Virus record (IMG/VR): IMGVR_UViG_3300035544_000232
Location: 1-33,344 of that record
Source of the DNA: a virus
Taxonomy: Duplodnaviria > Caudoviricetes
Length of the DNA: 33,344 nt
Strand: one strand, 5' to 3'
A program made the translations under genes and the position numbers. Below the pieces are notes generated by a model, which ran no database searches, was not told where the DNA came from, and worked only from the letters and a program-made list of their open reading frames with translations. Below are positions 9,831 through 17,714 of the stretch, in pieces (positions within the stretch are counted from its first letter, which is position 1; every line of letters starts with the position of its first letter).

Positions 9831-9873
9831 TGAACAAATAGCGAACAAATTATGTAAGAATATAAGGTATAAT
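9831..9873 (+). promoter_or_regulatory. Activator-dependent (late) promoter 1
   Basis: TGAACAAATAGCGAACAAATTAT, TATAAT starting 37 bp after motif start, no canonical -35; same layout at 19156. Confidence 0.7.
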
Positions 9874-10070
9874 TAGTATAATGAAAGAAATGTTAATAAG
9901 GTCAATGTAAAGAGGTCGGGAAGTGCAATTCTTCTGGCTGCCTGGGTAGGTCTTTATAATTGCTTCATTAACTACTGAAATCACCTCCTATTATTATTAT
10001 ATAAATGAACGGATTAAATCCTACCCACTTATTATTAAAAAAAACAAAAAGAAGAAAGGGTTTGGTTACC

Positions 10071-10394
10071 GTGGTGAAAAAGATTTATAAAGAACTATCT
10101 GAATTAATTCAAGATAGCAATTACAACCAAACCAGTAAACAAAAAATTATTGTGCTTATGAAGAAACTTGGAAGAAGCATAGCTGAAGAAAGAAATATAT
10201 CAAAAGTAATTGACTATACTTGTGGAGCAGGAAGAACATGTCCAGAGATAAGTTTTGATTTGATTGATAATGGAAAATTAAAATATACAGTTTGGATATT
10301 TAAAGATAGAGTTTTAAAGGTTAAATTGAAAGAATTTAAGAATGATCAGTTGGTTAAGGAAGAATTTTTAGATTTACAAAAAAGAAGAGAATAA
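10071..10394 (+). CDS. Hypothetical protein; probable N-terminal part of frameshifted gene
   Basis: GTG after GAAAGGG; +1 frame opens at 10372 and runs into the terminase-like ORF. Confidence 0.55.
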   Translation: MVKKIYKELSELIQDSNYNQTSKQKIIVLMKKLGRSIAEERNISKVIDYTCGAGRTCPEISFDLIDNGKLKYTVWIFKDRVLKVKLKEFKNDQLVKEEFLDLQKRRE

Positions 10395-11163
10395 AAAACT
10401 AAAAGAAAAAAATGATCAGAAGGCAGAATTAACACTTGAAAAAATTAAAAATAGTGTATTAGACAGTAAAAATAGAGAATTAATAAATAGAGTTGCTGAA
10501 TTGGAAGAAGAGTTAAAAGAAAAAGAAGAAATTAAGAAAGAAGAAAAAGAGAGAATTTTCTTTAGTGAAAACGAAACGAAAATAAGAGATCAGATAACTG
10601 TGAAATACCATAAATCTTATTATAGAGGTTATAAAAGTTTTATTTGGGAAGAACCAAAAGGAAAAGGAGAATATGTTATTGGAGCTTGTATTGCAGATGG
10701 ACCTGAAAATAAAACTTCTTCATTTAGTATATATAAGAAAAATGGTTTCGAACAAGTATTAGAATATCATAATGAAGATGAAATATCAGCAGAAGAATTT
10801 GCTTCTATTATAGCCGAAAAAGCAAGAAAATATAATACTGCACTTGTTGCAGTTGAAAGAAATGCACATGGTGTTTTGGTTATCGATGCATTAAGAAAAC
10901 AGGAGAATTATTATAATCTATATTCTAATAAAAATAAAACAGGTTGGTTAACAAATGAAATATCAAAATATATGATGTTGGAAGAATTTGATACAGCTAT
11001 TAGAGAAGATAAAATAGAAATTAATAATGATACATTATTATATGAATTATTGTCTGTTATGGTTGATCAAAATGGAAGAATTTCTATGAAAGATAGAAAT
11101 AGAGTTATTGCTAATACTATTGCTTATCAAATGAGAAAATATGTTAAACGGAAAGACAATTAG
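10372..11163 (+). CDS. Coiled coil plus degenerate copy of terminase large-subunit nuclease domain
   Basis: Collinear with C-terminus of 14487-16166 (AVERNxHG, QENYYNLY, ELLSV, IAYQMRKYVKR); TTG 10501 lacks an SD; frame open from 10372. Confidence 0.85.
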   Translation: MYKKEENKKLKEKNDQKAELTLEKIKNSVLDSKNRELINRVAELEEELKEKEEIKKEEKERIFFSENETKIRDQITVKYHKSYYRGYKSFIWEEPKGKGEYVIGACIADGPENKTSSFSIYKKNGFEQVLEYHNEDEISAEEFASIIAEKARKYNTALVAVERNAHGVLVIDALRKQENYYNLYSNKNKTGWLTNEISKYMMLEEFDTAIREDKIEINNDTLLYELLSVMVDQNGRISMKDRNRVIANTIAYQMRKYVKRKDN

Positions 11164-11270
11164 AGAAGTATTAGGAGATCAAATAGGAAAAATAATGGAG
11201 AAATAATTACAGTTATAATTGAAAATCAATCTCTATTCTTATATAATTATAGAAAAGAGGGGTTGATAAT

Positions 11271-11411
11271 ATGAGTAAAAGACCAAAAAATAAGGATTTC
11301 TTAAAAAATGAAACCAAAGAAGAACGCAAGGAAAGACGAGAAAAAGAAGAAAAGATGATAATGGAAGAAATGAGAGATGGATTTCAAAAAATAAATGAAA
11401 AAAATAAATAG
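11271..11411 (+). CDS. 46-aa charged peptide (not in ORF track)
   Basis: AAGAGGGG SD; MSKRPKNKDFLKNETKEERKERREKEEKMIMEEMRDGFQKINEKNK. Confidence 0.6.
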   Translation: MSKRPKNKDFLKNETKEERKERREKEEKMIMEEMRDGFQKINEKNK

Positions 11412-11425
11412 AGGAGTTGGTAAGT

Positions 11426-11554
11426 GTGGAAACTCCAAAAGAACGCTTGAAAGAATCAATAATTGAAATGCAGAAAATGAGAGAAGGAAAACTCCCGAAG
11501 AAAACCTGGGAGCAATTTCGGGATAAGTTAAAGGGGAAAACTGAAGGGAAGTGA
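11426..11554 (+). CDS. 42-aa peptide, antitoxin-like (not in ORF track)
   Basis: GAGGAG SD; METPKERLKESIIEMQKMREGKLPKKTWEQFRDKLKGKTEGK. Confidence 0.55.
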   Translation: METPKERLKESIIEMQKMREGKLPKKTWEQFRDKLKGKTEGK

Positions 11555-11560
11555 TTTTGA

Positions 11561-11713
11561 ATGCCTACGAGTAGCATTTTTGACACTTTTGTAATAGATT
11601 CAACAGAAAAATTAAAGATTTTATTGCAAGAAAATACTGAAGGAAGAAAAACTCCAGAGATTGATATTAGAGAGAAAATCAGAAAAGGAAAAGAAGTTTT
11701 AAAGAATTTTTAA
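11561..11713 (+). CDS. 50-aa peptide, antitoxin-like (not in ORF track)
   Basis: GGGAAGTGA SD; MPTSSIFDTFVIDSTEKLKILLQENTEGRKTPEIDIREKIRKGKEVLKNF. Confidence 0.55.
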   Translation: MPTSSIFDTFVIDSTEKLKILLQENTEGRKTPEIDIREKIRKGKEVLKNF

Positions 11714-11797
11714 CCCGAAACAAGTTGCACCTTGTTTCAGGGGAACCTGGCTGACTACCTATTGTAAGTCAACACAATGAACAGTGTAATATAAGAG

Positions 11798-11824
11798 AGG
11801 ACAACTTAATTGTTGTCCTTTTTT
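11798..11824 (+). terminator. Intrinsic terminator
   Basis: AGGACAAC-N6-GTTGTCCT plus T-run. Confidence 0.8.
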
Positions 11825-11852
11825 ATTCTCGGAGAAGAAGGGAGAAATCCCA

Positions 11853-11926
11853 AAGGAAGAAAAACTCCAGAGATTGATATTGACGAGAGTCTCCGAAGAG
11901 GGAGAAAATTGTTAGAGGATTTTTAA
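11853..11926 (+). pseudogene. Diverged duplicate of 3' half of the 11561-11713 gene
   Basis: AAGGAAGAAAAACTCCAGAGATTGATATT identical to 11640-11668; encodes GRKTPEIDIDESLRRGRKLLEDF*. Confidence 0.55.
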
Positions 11927-12054
11927 TTTAAAAAATAAATAATATAAATATAGGGATAAATAGTCGAAAAAATATTTATTTTTATTAATTAAGGCAGGAT
12001 TTTCTTTCCTCTTATTGAATTTATTATTAAGAGAGAAAGAGAGGTTATTTTAAA

Positions 12055-12504
12055 ATGAATTATAACTTTAAAACTATGTTAAGAATGACTATATTCTCTA
12101 TTATTCTAATTTTTTTATTTATTGGTATAAATAATAGTTTTGAAAATCGTGAAAATAAACCAAAAAATTATGCTAATGAAATAACAAGAGAACATGAAGA
12201 AGAAGCTTTTGGTGCTGCTTGGAATTATGCTTGGGAAGATTTAGAAAAAGAAGATGATGTTAAATTAAGAACAGTAAATATTGTCAGAAAAAATGTTCTT
12301 CCATTTCGCAAACATGTTTATAGGGTTCAAATTTTGGTTAACTATGTTTTAGAAGATTTTGTAGATGATTTTGGGAGAAACCGTATAATGGATGGTTGGG
12401 AAATTGATGTTGAATATATAGGTAGAGAAGACGGAGAATGGGATTTTGAAAAGAATAAAAATAATTGGAAGCTAATTGATATATATCACTGGAGTGGCAA
12501 TTAA
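12055..12504 (+). CDS. Membrane-anchored/exported protein (moron)
   Basis: N-terminal hydrophobic MTIFSIILIFLFIGI; acidic soluble domain. Confidence 0.65.
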   Translation: MNYNFKTMLRMTIFSIILIFLFIGINNSFENRENKPKNYANEITREHEEEAFGAAWNYAWEDLEKEDDVKLRTVNIVRKNVLPFRKHVYRVQILVNYVLEDFVDDFGRNRIMDGWEIDVEYIGREDGEWDFEKNKNNWKLIDIYHWSGN

Positions 12505-13640
12505 TGAATTTATATAAAGAGTTTTTAGCATTAGGAGAAAAGGATAATGTTTTGTATTATAAAGATAAAAATAGATTTAATCCAATTAAAGACCCAAATA
12601 AATCTTGGAATTTTATTGAAAGATATTTTGAACTTTCATCAAAAAATAGTGTTTTACCTGACAAGAAGAAAGAATTAAAGGAAAAGGGAAAAAATAAGCA
12701 TACTGTTTCAATGTATTTTTTAGGAGTTTTAACTGAAAAATTGTTTAGTAATAAAATTAATCAATTTTTAGACCATATAAGACCCAAAGAACATAATTAT
12801 AACTATAAACTTGTATGGTTTTTGAGTTGTTTATTTCATGATATGTATTGGATTGAAGAAAAGAATAATAAAACTCTAAAAAAATATAATAACTGTGATA
12901 ATAAAAAATATTTTAAAGATCTAATTTATAATAATAAAATTTCATGTGAAAATTTATTATTTAATCATAAATTGAAAAGTAAAAGTAATTATAAAAATAA
13001 TAAAAATTTTAAAAATTTTAAAACAACCTACAGTAAGGAAACGGTAGAAAATTATTTTAAATTTAGGTTTAAAGAGCATAATTGTATTGATCACGGTATA
13101 AATGCTGGAGTTGTTTTTTTTGACCAATTAAAAAAGAATTATAAAAATAAATATAATAAATATAATAAAAATAAATATAATAATGATAATTATTTTGAGT
13201 TAGACGAAAATAATGGTTTGGGACAAAAAATTTGGAGAAAAAATCATATTGATCTTTATGCTTATGTTTCCGACAGTATAGTTTCTCATAATATTTGGTT
13301 TTCAAACAATAATAAAAAATTATATAAAAAGTATGAACTTGACGAGCTAATAAGAGACCAAAAAGATAGAATATCATTAGATAAAAATCCTCTTTTATTT
13401 CGATTAGGAATATTAGATACTATTGAGCCAGTAAAATTTTTTAATGAATTTAATTTTGAATATGTTTTAAAAAATATTGATATTGTTATAAACATTAAAA
13501 AGAACTATCTTAAATTAAAAATTAATGATTCTGCAATATTTAATTACTATAACTGGTTTAATAAAATTAAATCTTTAGAAAACTGGTTAAAAGTAAAAAT
13601 TAATATTGAAAGTAAAAAAATAAAGATTAAATTTTTATAG
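12504..13640 (+). CDS. HD-superfamily metal-dependent hydrolase-like protein (moron)
   Basis: HTVS..LFHD..DHG..SHN..LD motif series; very AT-rich. Confidence 0.7.
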   Translation: MNLYKEFLALGEKDNVLYYKDKNRFNPIKDPNKSWNFIERYFELSSKNSVLPDKKKELKEKGKNKHTVSMYFLGVLTEKLFSNKINQFLDHIRPKEHNYNYKLVWFLSCLFHDMYWIEEKNNKTLKKYNNCDNKKYFKDLIYNNKISCENLLFNHKLKSKSNYKNNKNFKNFKTTYSKETVENYFKFRFKEHNCIDHGINAGVVFFDQLKKNYKNKYNKYNKNKYNNDNYFELDENNGLGQKIWRKNHIDLYAYVSDSIVSHNIWFSNNNKKLYKKYELDELIRDQKDRISLDKNPLLFRLGILDTIEPVKFFNEFNFEYVLKNIDIVINIKKNYLKLKINDSAIFNYYNWFNKIKSLENWLKVKINIESKKIKIKFL

Positions 13641-13778
13641 TATAAAATTAATTATTTATTAAAAAAACAACAATTTAAAAAAACCTTTAAAATAAAGTGC
13701 GATTTATTTTAAAGAAATGTAAATCAGCACAATGAACAGTGCAATGGCTATCAGTAATGACAGGAAAATATTTTTATT

Positions 13779-13812
13779 AAGACAGTCTTTAAATAGGCTG
13801 TCTTTTTCTTTT
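13779..13812 (+). terminator. Intrinsic terminator
   Basis: AAGACAGTCT/AGGCTGTCTT plus T-run. Confidence 0.75.
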
Positions 13813-13852
13813 CGATTTAAAAGTAATATTTTGTAAAAGGAGGAAATTTAAT

Positions 13853-13978
13853 ATGAGCAAAAAGATTCACAAATGCACTGTATATTCAAGAGTAGTTGGT
13901 TATCTTTCACCAATTAATAACTGGAATGTTGGAAAGAAAGAAGAATATAAAGATAGAACTGAATATAAAATGGATTAA
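13853..13978 (+). CDS. 41-aa stand-alone NrdD C-terminal glycyl-radical peptide (not in ORF track)
   Basis: CTVYSRVVGYLSPINNWNVGKKEEYKDR matches class III RNR RVxGY..WNxGKxxExxDR; AAGGAGG SD. Confidence 0.85.
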   Translation: MSKKIHKCTVYSRVVGYLSPINNWNVGKKEEYKDRTEYKMD

Positions 13979-14012
13979 AGGGTTTGCTATTTCAGTTAGC
14001 AAGCTCTTTTTT
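13978..14012 (+). terminator. Intrinsic terminator
   Basis: AGGGTTTGCTA/TAGCAAGCTCT plus T-run. Confidence 0.75.
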
Positions 14013-14041
14013 ATTTTATTTTGAAAGGGGGGTATAAGAAA

Positions 14042-14461
14042 ATGAAATTATCAGAAGAAGCAATTGAAGATGTATGTAGATTGGTTAGTGAAGGTCATTA
14101 TGTCGTAACTGTTTGTCAAATGAAAGGAATAACCAGACCAACTTATTATAATTGGAAAGATAGAGGTCAGGAAATAGAAGAAAAAATTGAAAATGGAAAA
14201 ATTAAAAAGAGTAAATTAAAAAAGAAAGATAAATTATATTTGAAATTCTGGCAGGATATTCAGAAAGCAGAAGCTATGGGAGAAATCAGTAATGTTAGTA
14301 ATATTAAAAAAGCAGGAGATGAAGGAGATTGGAGGGCTTCAGCCTGGTTATTGGAAAAAAAATATCCAGAGAAGTTTGGTAAGAAAAATAAAGTTGAGCT
14401 GGATGCAAAAGTTGAAACAAAAAGAACTATAGAGGATATTATTTTGGGAAGTGATGAATAA
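14042..14461 (+). CDS. terS: Terminase small subunit
   Basis: N-terminal HTH (GITRPTYYNW), DWRASAWLLEKKYPEKFG; directly upstream of terL. Confidence 0.8.
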   Translation: MKLSEEAIEDVCRLVSEGHYVVTVCQMKGITRPTYYNWKDRGQEIEEKIENGKIKKSKLKKKDKLYLKFWQDIQKAEAMGEISNVSNIKKAGDEGDWRASAWLLEKKYPEKFGKKNKVELDAKVETKRTIEDIILGSDE

Positions 14462-14486
14462 TTTATAAAAGGAGGTATTAATAATA

Positions 14487-16166
14487 ATGATTACTTCACA
14501 ACAAATAATACAAAAAAGAAAAAAGTTGTGGGATAAAAATGAAGAAATTGAAAAAGATAATGAATACCTCCAGTCAATTGCAAATTTTATTTTAGATCCA
14601 GAAGCTAATAATGAAAGAGTTGAACAGGAACTATTAGAGGACCCATATTTGCTTATTGAAATGATGTTTCAGATCCCAAATAAAAAAGGAAAAACAGTAC
14701 CATTCTTTCTTAATAATGTTCAGAAAGATTTTCTTCAACAGTTAGAGGAATTGAAAGAAAAGTATCCTAATGAGCAAAAGAAAGTATTAATACTCAAGGG
14801 TCGTCAGCAAGGGTTTACATCGCTTATTACAGCTTATCAACTTGCTTATACTGTTATGAGAAGCAATATGTCAGGAAAGACGATAGCACATACCAGAGAG
14901 GATACAGCAGGTATATTTCAAATGAAGGCAAAGTTCTTTTTCGAACACATACCAGAGATATTTCAGCCCAAAAAGAAATATGATAGTAAATCAGAATACT
15001 TTTTTGATATTCTTAATTCTCATTGGACTATTAGTACAGCAGGTTCAAAAGAGGGTGGAAGAAGTAGTACCGTTCAAATGCTTCACGGCTCTGAGGTTGC
15101 TTTCTGGAAGGATGCACAGGCAAAATTAGCAGGATTAGGAGAAGCTATTGTACCAGACGGGTTATTAATATTAGAGAGTACAGCTAATGGTTATAATTAT
15201 TTCAAGACACTTTTTGACGAAGCAATTGAAGGAAATAATAGTTATCATGCTTTCTTCTACCAATGGTGGAGAACTCCAGAATACAGAATGGAGTTTGAAA
15301 CAAAAGAGGTTTTAAATCAATTTAAAAAGGCTATTAAAAACAAGAGTAGATATAAAAATATTCCTTCTAAAATAATGGAGAAATTAGCAATTGTCAGAGA
15401 AAAATATAATGTTGATTATGAACAGTTGTATTGGTGGTCAAAAAAATACCAGGATAAAAAAGATAAAGCCTTACAGGAATATCCACATAGTCCAGCAGAT
15501 GCTTTTCTTACAAGTGGAGACACTTATTTTGATAGTGAGAAAATCAAGTTATTACTCAATGAAATAGATAAAAATAATTATATTGAAGAAAGAAAACACA
15601 CTTGGATCTGGCAGAAACCAGTAGAAAGAGCAGTATATATTATTGGAGCTGATGTTGCAGAGGGTGTTGGAGGAGATGCTTCTTCAGCAACCATATATCG
15701 AGTAGATAGAGGGTTTACACAAGTATTGGTATATCACAATAATCAAATACCTCCAGACCGTTTTGGTAGTATTTTGGCTCAATTAGGGCGTGAATATAAT
15801 AATGCACTAATAGCAGTTGAGAGGAACAATCACGGTCATTCTGTTATTAATACATTAGAAAATCAGGAGAATTATTATAATTTATACGAAGATGATAAAG
15901 GTAAATATGGTTGGCATACAAATGGTGAAAGTAAATTTAGAATGCTTGATGAATTAGATTCAGCTATTAGGAATGGAGATATCAATATTAATGATTGGAG
16001 ATTACTCAATGAATTATTATCTGTTACAAAAGAAGATAAGAAAGTAAATATTAATGGTAAAGATAGGGTGGCTGCTAATGCTATTGCTTATCAAATGAGA
16101 AAGTATGTTAAGAGAGAAACTGTTGATCAGAATATACTTCAGGCATTAAATAACGCTATTGTATAG
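14487..16166 (+). CDS. terL: Terminase large subunit
   Basis: LKGRQQGFTS Walker A, LHGSEVAFW Walker B, ESTANG, IGADVAEG..D, VERN, KDRV nuclease motifs. Confidence 0.95.
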   Translation: MITSQQIIQKRKKLWDKNEEIEKDNEYLQSIANFILDPEANNERVEQELLEDPYLLIEMMFQIPNKKGKTVPFFLNNVQKDFLQQLEELKEKYPNEQKKVLILKGRQQGFTSLITAYQLAYTVMRSNMSGKTIAHTREDTAGIFQMKAKFFFEHIPEIFQPKKKYDSKSEYFFDILNSHWTISTAGSKEGGRSSTVQMLHGSEVAFWKDAQAKLAGLGEAIVPDGLLILESTANGYNYFKTLFDEAIEGNNSYHAFFYQWWRTPEYRMEFETKEVLNQFKKAIKNKSRYKNIPSKIMEKLAIVREKYNVDYEQLYWWSKKYQDKKDKALQEYPHSPADAFLTSGDTYFDSEKIKLLLNEIDKNNYIEERKHTWIWQKPVERAVYIIGADVAEGVGGDASSATIYRVDRGFTQVLVYHNNQIPPDRFGSILAQLGREYNNALIAVERNNHGHSVINTLENQENYYNLYEDDKGKYGWHTNGESKFRMLDELDSAIRNGDININDWRLLNELLSVTKEDKKVNINGKDRVAANAIAYQMRKYVKRETVDQNILQALNNAIV

Positions 16167-16182
16167 GAGGGAGTTGGTTATA

Positions 16183-16377
16183 ATGGTTTTTTACTATACA
16201 CCACCAGATAGAGTGGAGAAACACCTGCAAAATATAGGTCAGGAAGGACATATTGGAGGGTATAGAAATGGTTGGTTAGAATTGAAAGAAGTATGGTTTG
16301 ATAAAGATAATTATGAAGGAAAAATCATTCAGATATATTCAAGTGGAAAGATAATTGGAAGTTTATTTGTCTGGTAA
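16183..16377 (+). CDS. Hypothetical small protein between terL and portal
   Basis: AGGAGGG SD before ATG 16183. Confidence 0.55.
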   Translation: MVFYYTPPDRVEKHLQNIGQEGHIGGYRNGWLELKEVWFDKDNYEGKIIQIYSSGKIIGSLFVW

Positions 16378-16391
16378 AGGAGGGAAAATTA

Positions 16392-17711
16392 ATGGAAAAT
16401 AAATTAGTTTCAAAAATGAAAGATGTTTTAAATTCATTTAGAGCTGAAGGTGGAGTTGTTAATAGATTCTCTTCACTTGATTTCTGGAGTAATTCAACAA
16501 CACAGGTAGGAAAGGTCAGTTATAATTCAACTGTTGCAAGACAAATGTATGAGAATACAAGTGAATTTTACGGTGGTGATTATTTTGCCACGAAAGTAGT
16601 TAATCAGACAAAAAATAGTGTTGGTGTTCCTCTTAATGACAATTTTGAAGAATTTCAATCAACTATATTAGAAGTATTGGAAAATATATTTATTGGAGAG
16701 GATCAGTTTGTCAGATTATATCTTTCAGAAAATCCGAATAACAATCTATTTCCAGAAAAGAAATTTGTCCTCAATATGATTAATTATTCAGAGGGTCAGA
16801 TAAAAGAATATACGAAAGAAAACGGAATTATAAAAGAGATAGTTGTTAAAGGTGAAGAAAATATAACTGAAACAATCACAGAAAAAAAGATCATCAAAAG
16901 AGACAGTAGTAAAATAACAGATTCGAAGGATAATCAGTTTGGTTTTGTACCAGTCGTTCATTTTGAAAAAAAGTCAGAGATAAAACCTATTGCTAATCTT
17001 ATTCGATCATATCATATTGTTAGTAATGATAATCTTAATAATTTTGAGAAAAATAGCAAGCCAAAATTAAAAATTAAAGCAAAAAGTCTTGAACAATTTA
17101 TAACGAGAAACTTTTCCGAAAAAGAAATTGCTTCAGGACAGTTAAATTTCAAAAATAAGGTTACATTAAGAATGGGACAGGATGATAATGCAGAATATAT
17201 CCAGGTGGAAAGTACCACAGAAGATGCTAAATCAATATTACATTTATTATTTTATGCGATTATTGCTGTTTCAGAAATACCAGAATTTCTTTTTGGTACA
17301 CATATTAAGTCCAGTAATGCTTCAGTTAGTGAACAATTATTGCCGTTCCTTGAAAAAATAAAAGGAAAAAGAAAAGAATTAGAAGAGAATTTCCAGCTAT
17401 TAAATAGAGTTATCACTATTATCAACACAAAAGCCAATGGAAATAGAGTTAATAAAGAAAAATTATTAGAAAAAATCAGGTGGCCTGAAGTATTAAGAAA
17501 TGAAAAAGAAAAAATAGAATTATTAGAGAAAATAACAAATTCATTGCAGAAAGCAATTATGGATGGATATATCAGTAAGGAAACAGCACACAAAAAGATT
17601 GGTCAGTATATAGATACTCTTGATTGGAAAAAAGAAGAAAAGAAAATATTAAAAGAACAGGTTAATGATGATCCAGACCTTGCACAATATATGCAGTACA
17701 AGGGGGCATAA
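16392..17711 (+). CDS. Portal protein
   Basis: Position, size, NQFGFVPVVHF and SEIPEFLFG motifs (SPP1 gp6-like). Confidence 0.85.
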   Translation: MENKLVSKMKDVLNSFRAEGGVVNRFSSLDFWSNSTTQVGKVSYNSTVARQMYENTSEFYGGDYFATKVVNQTKNSVGVPLNDNFEEFQSTILEVLENIFIGEDQFVRLYLSENPNNNLFPEKKFVLNMINYSEGQIKEYTKENGIIKEIVVKGEENITETITEKKIIKRDSSKITDSKDNQFGFVPVVHFEKKSEIKPIANLIRSYHIVSNDNLNNFEKNSKPKLKIKAKSLEQFITRNFSEKEIASGQLNFKNKVTLRMGQDDNAEYIQVESTTEDAKSILHLLFYAIIAVSEIPEFLFGTHIKSSNASVSEQLLPFLEKIKGKRKELEENFQLLNRVITIINTKANGNRVNKEKLLEKIRWPEVLRNEKEKIELLEKITNSLQKAIMDGYISKETAHKKIGQYIDTLDWKKEEKKILKEQVNDDPDLAQYMQYKGA

Positions 17712-17714
17712 CTG

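Noticed and set aside
9831-9853. LexA (Cheo) box
   Set aside because: GAAC occurs as a direct repeat, not GAAC-N4-GTTC
9905-9945. tRNA gene
   Set aside because: Only a T-arm-like hairpin; no cloverleaf, no TTC loop, no CCA
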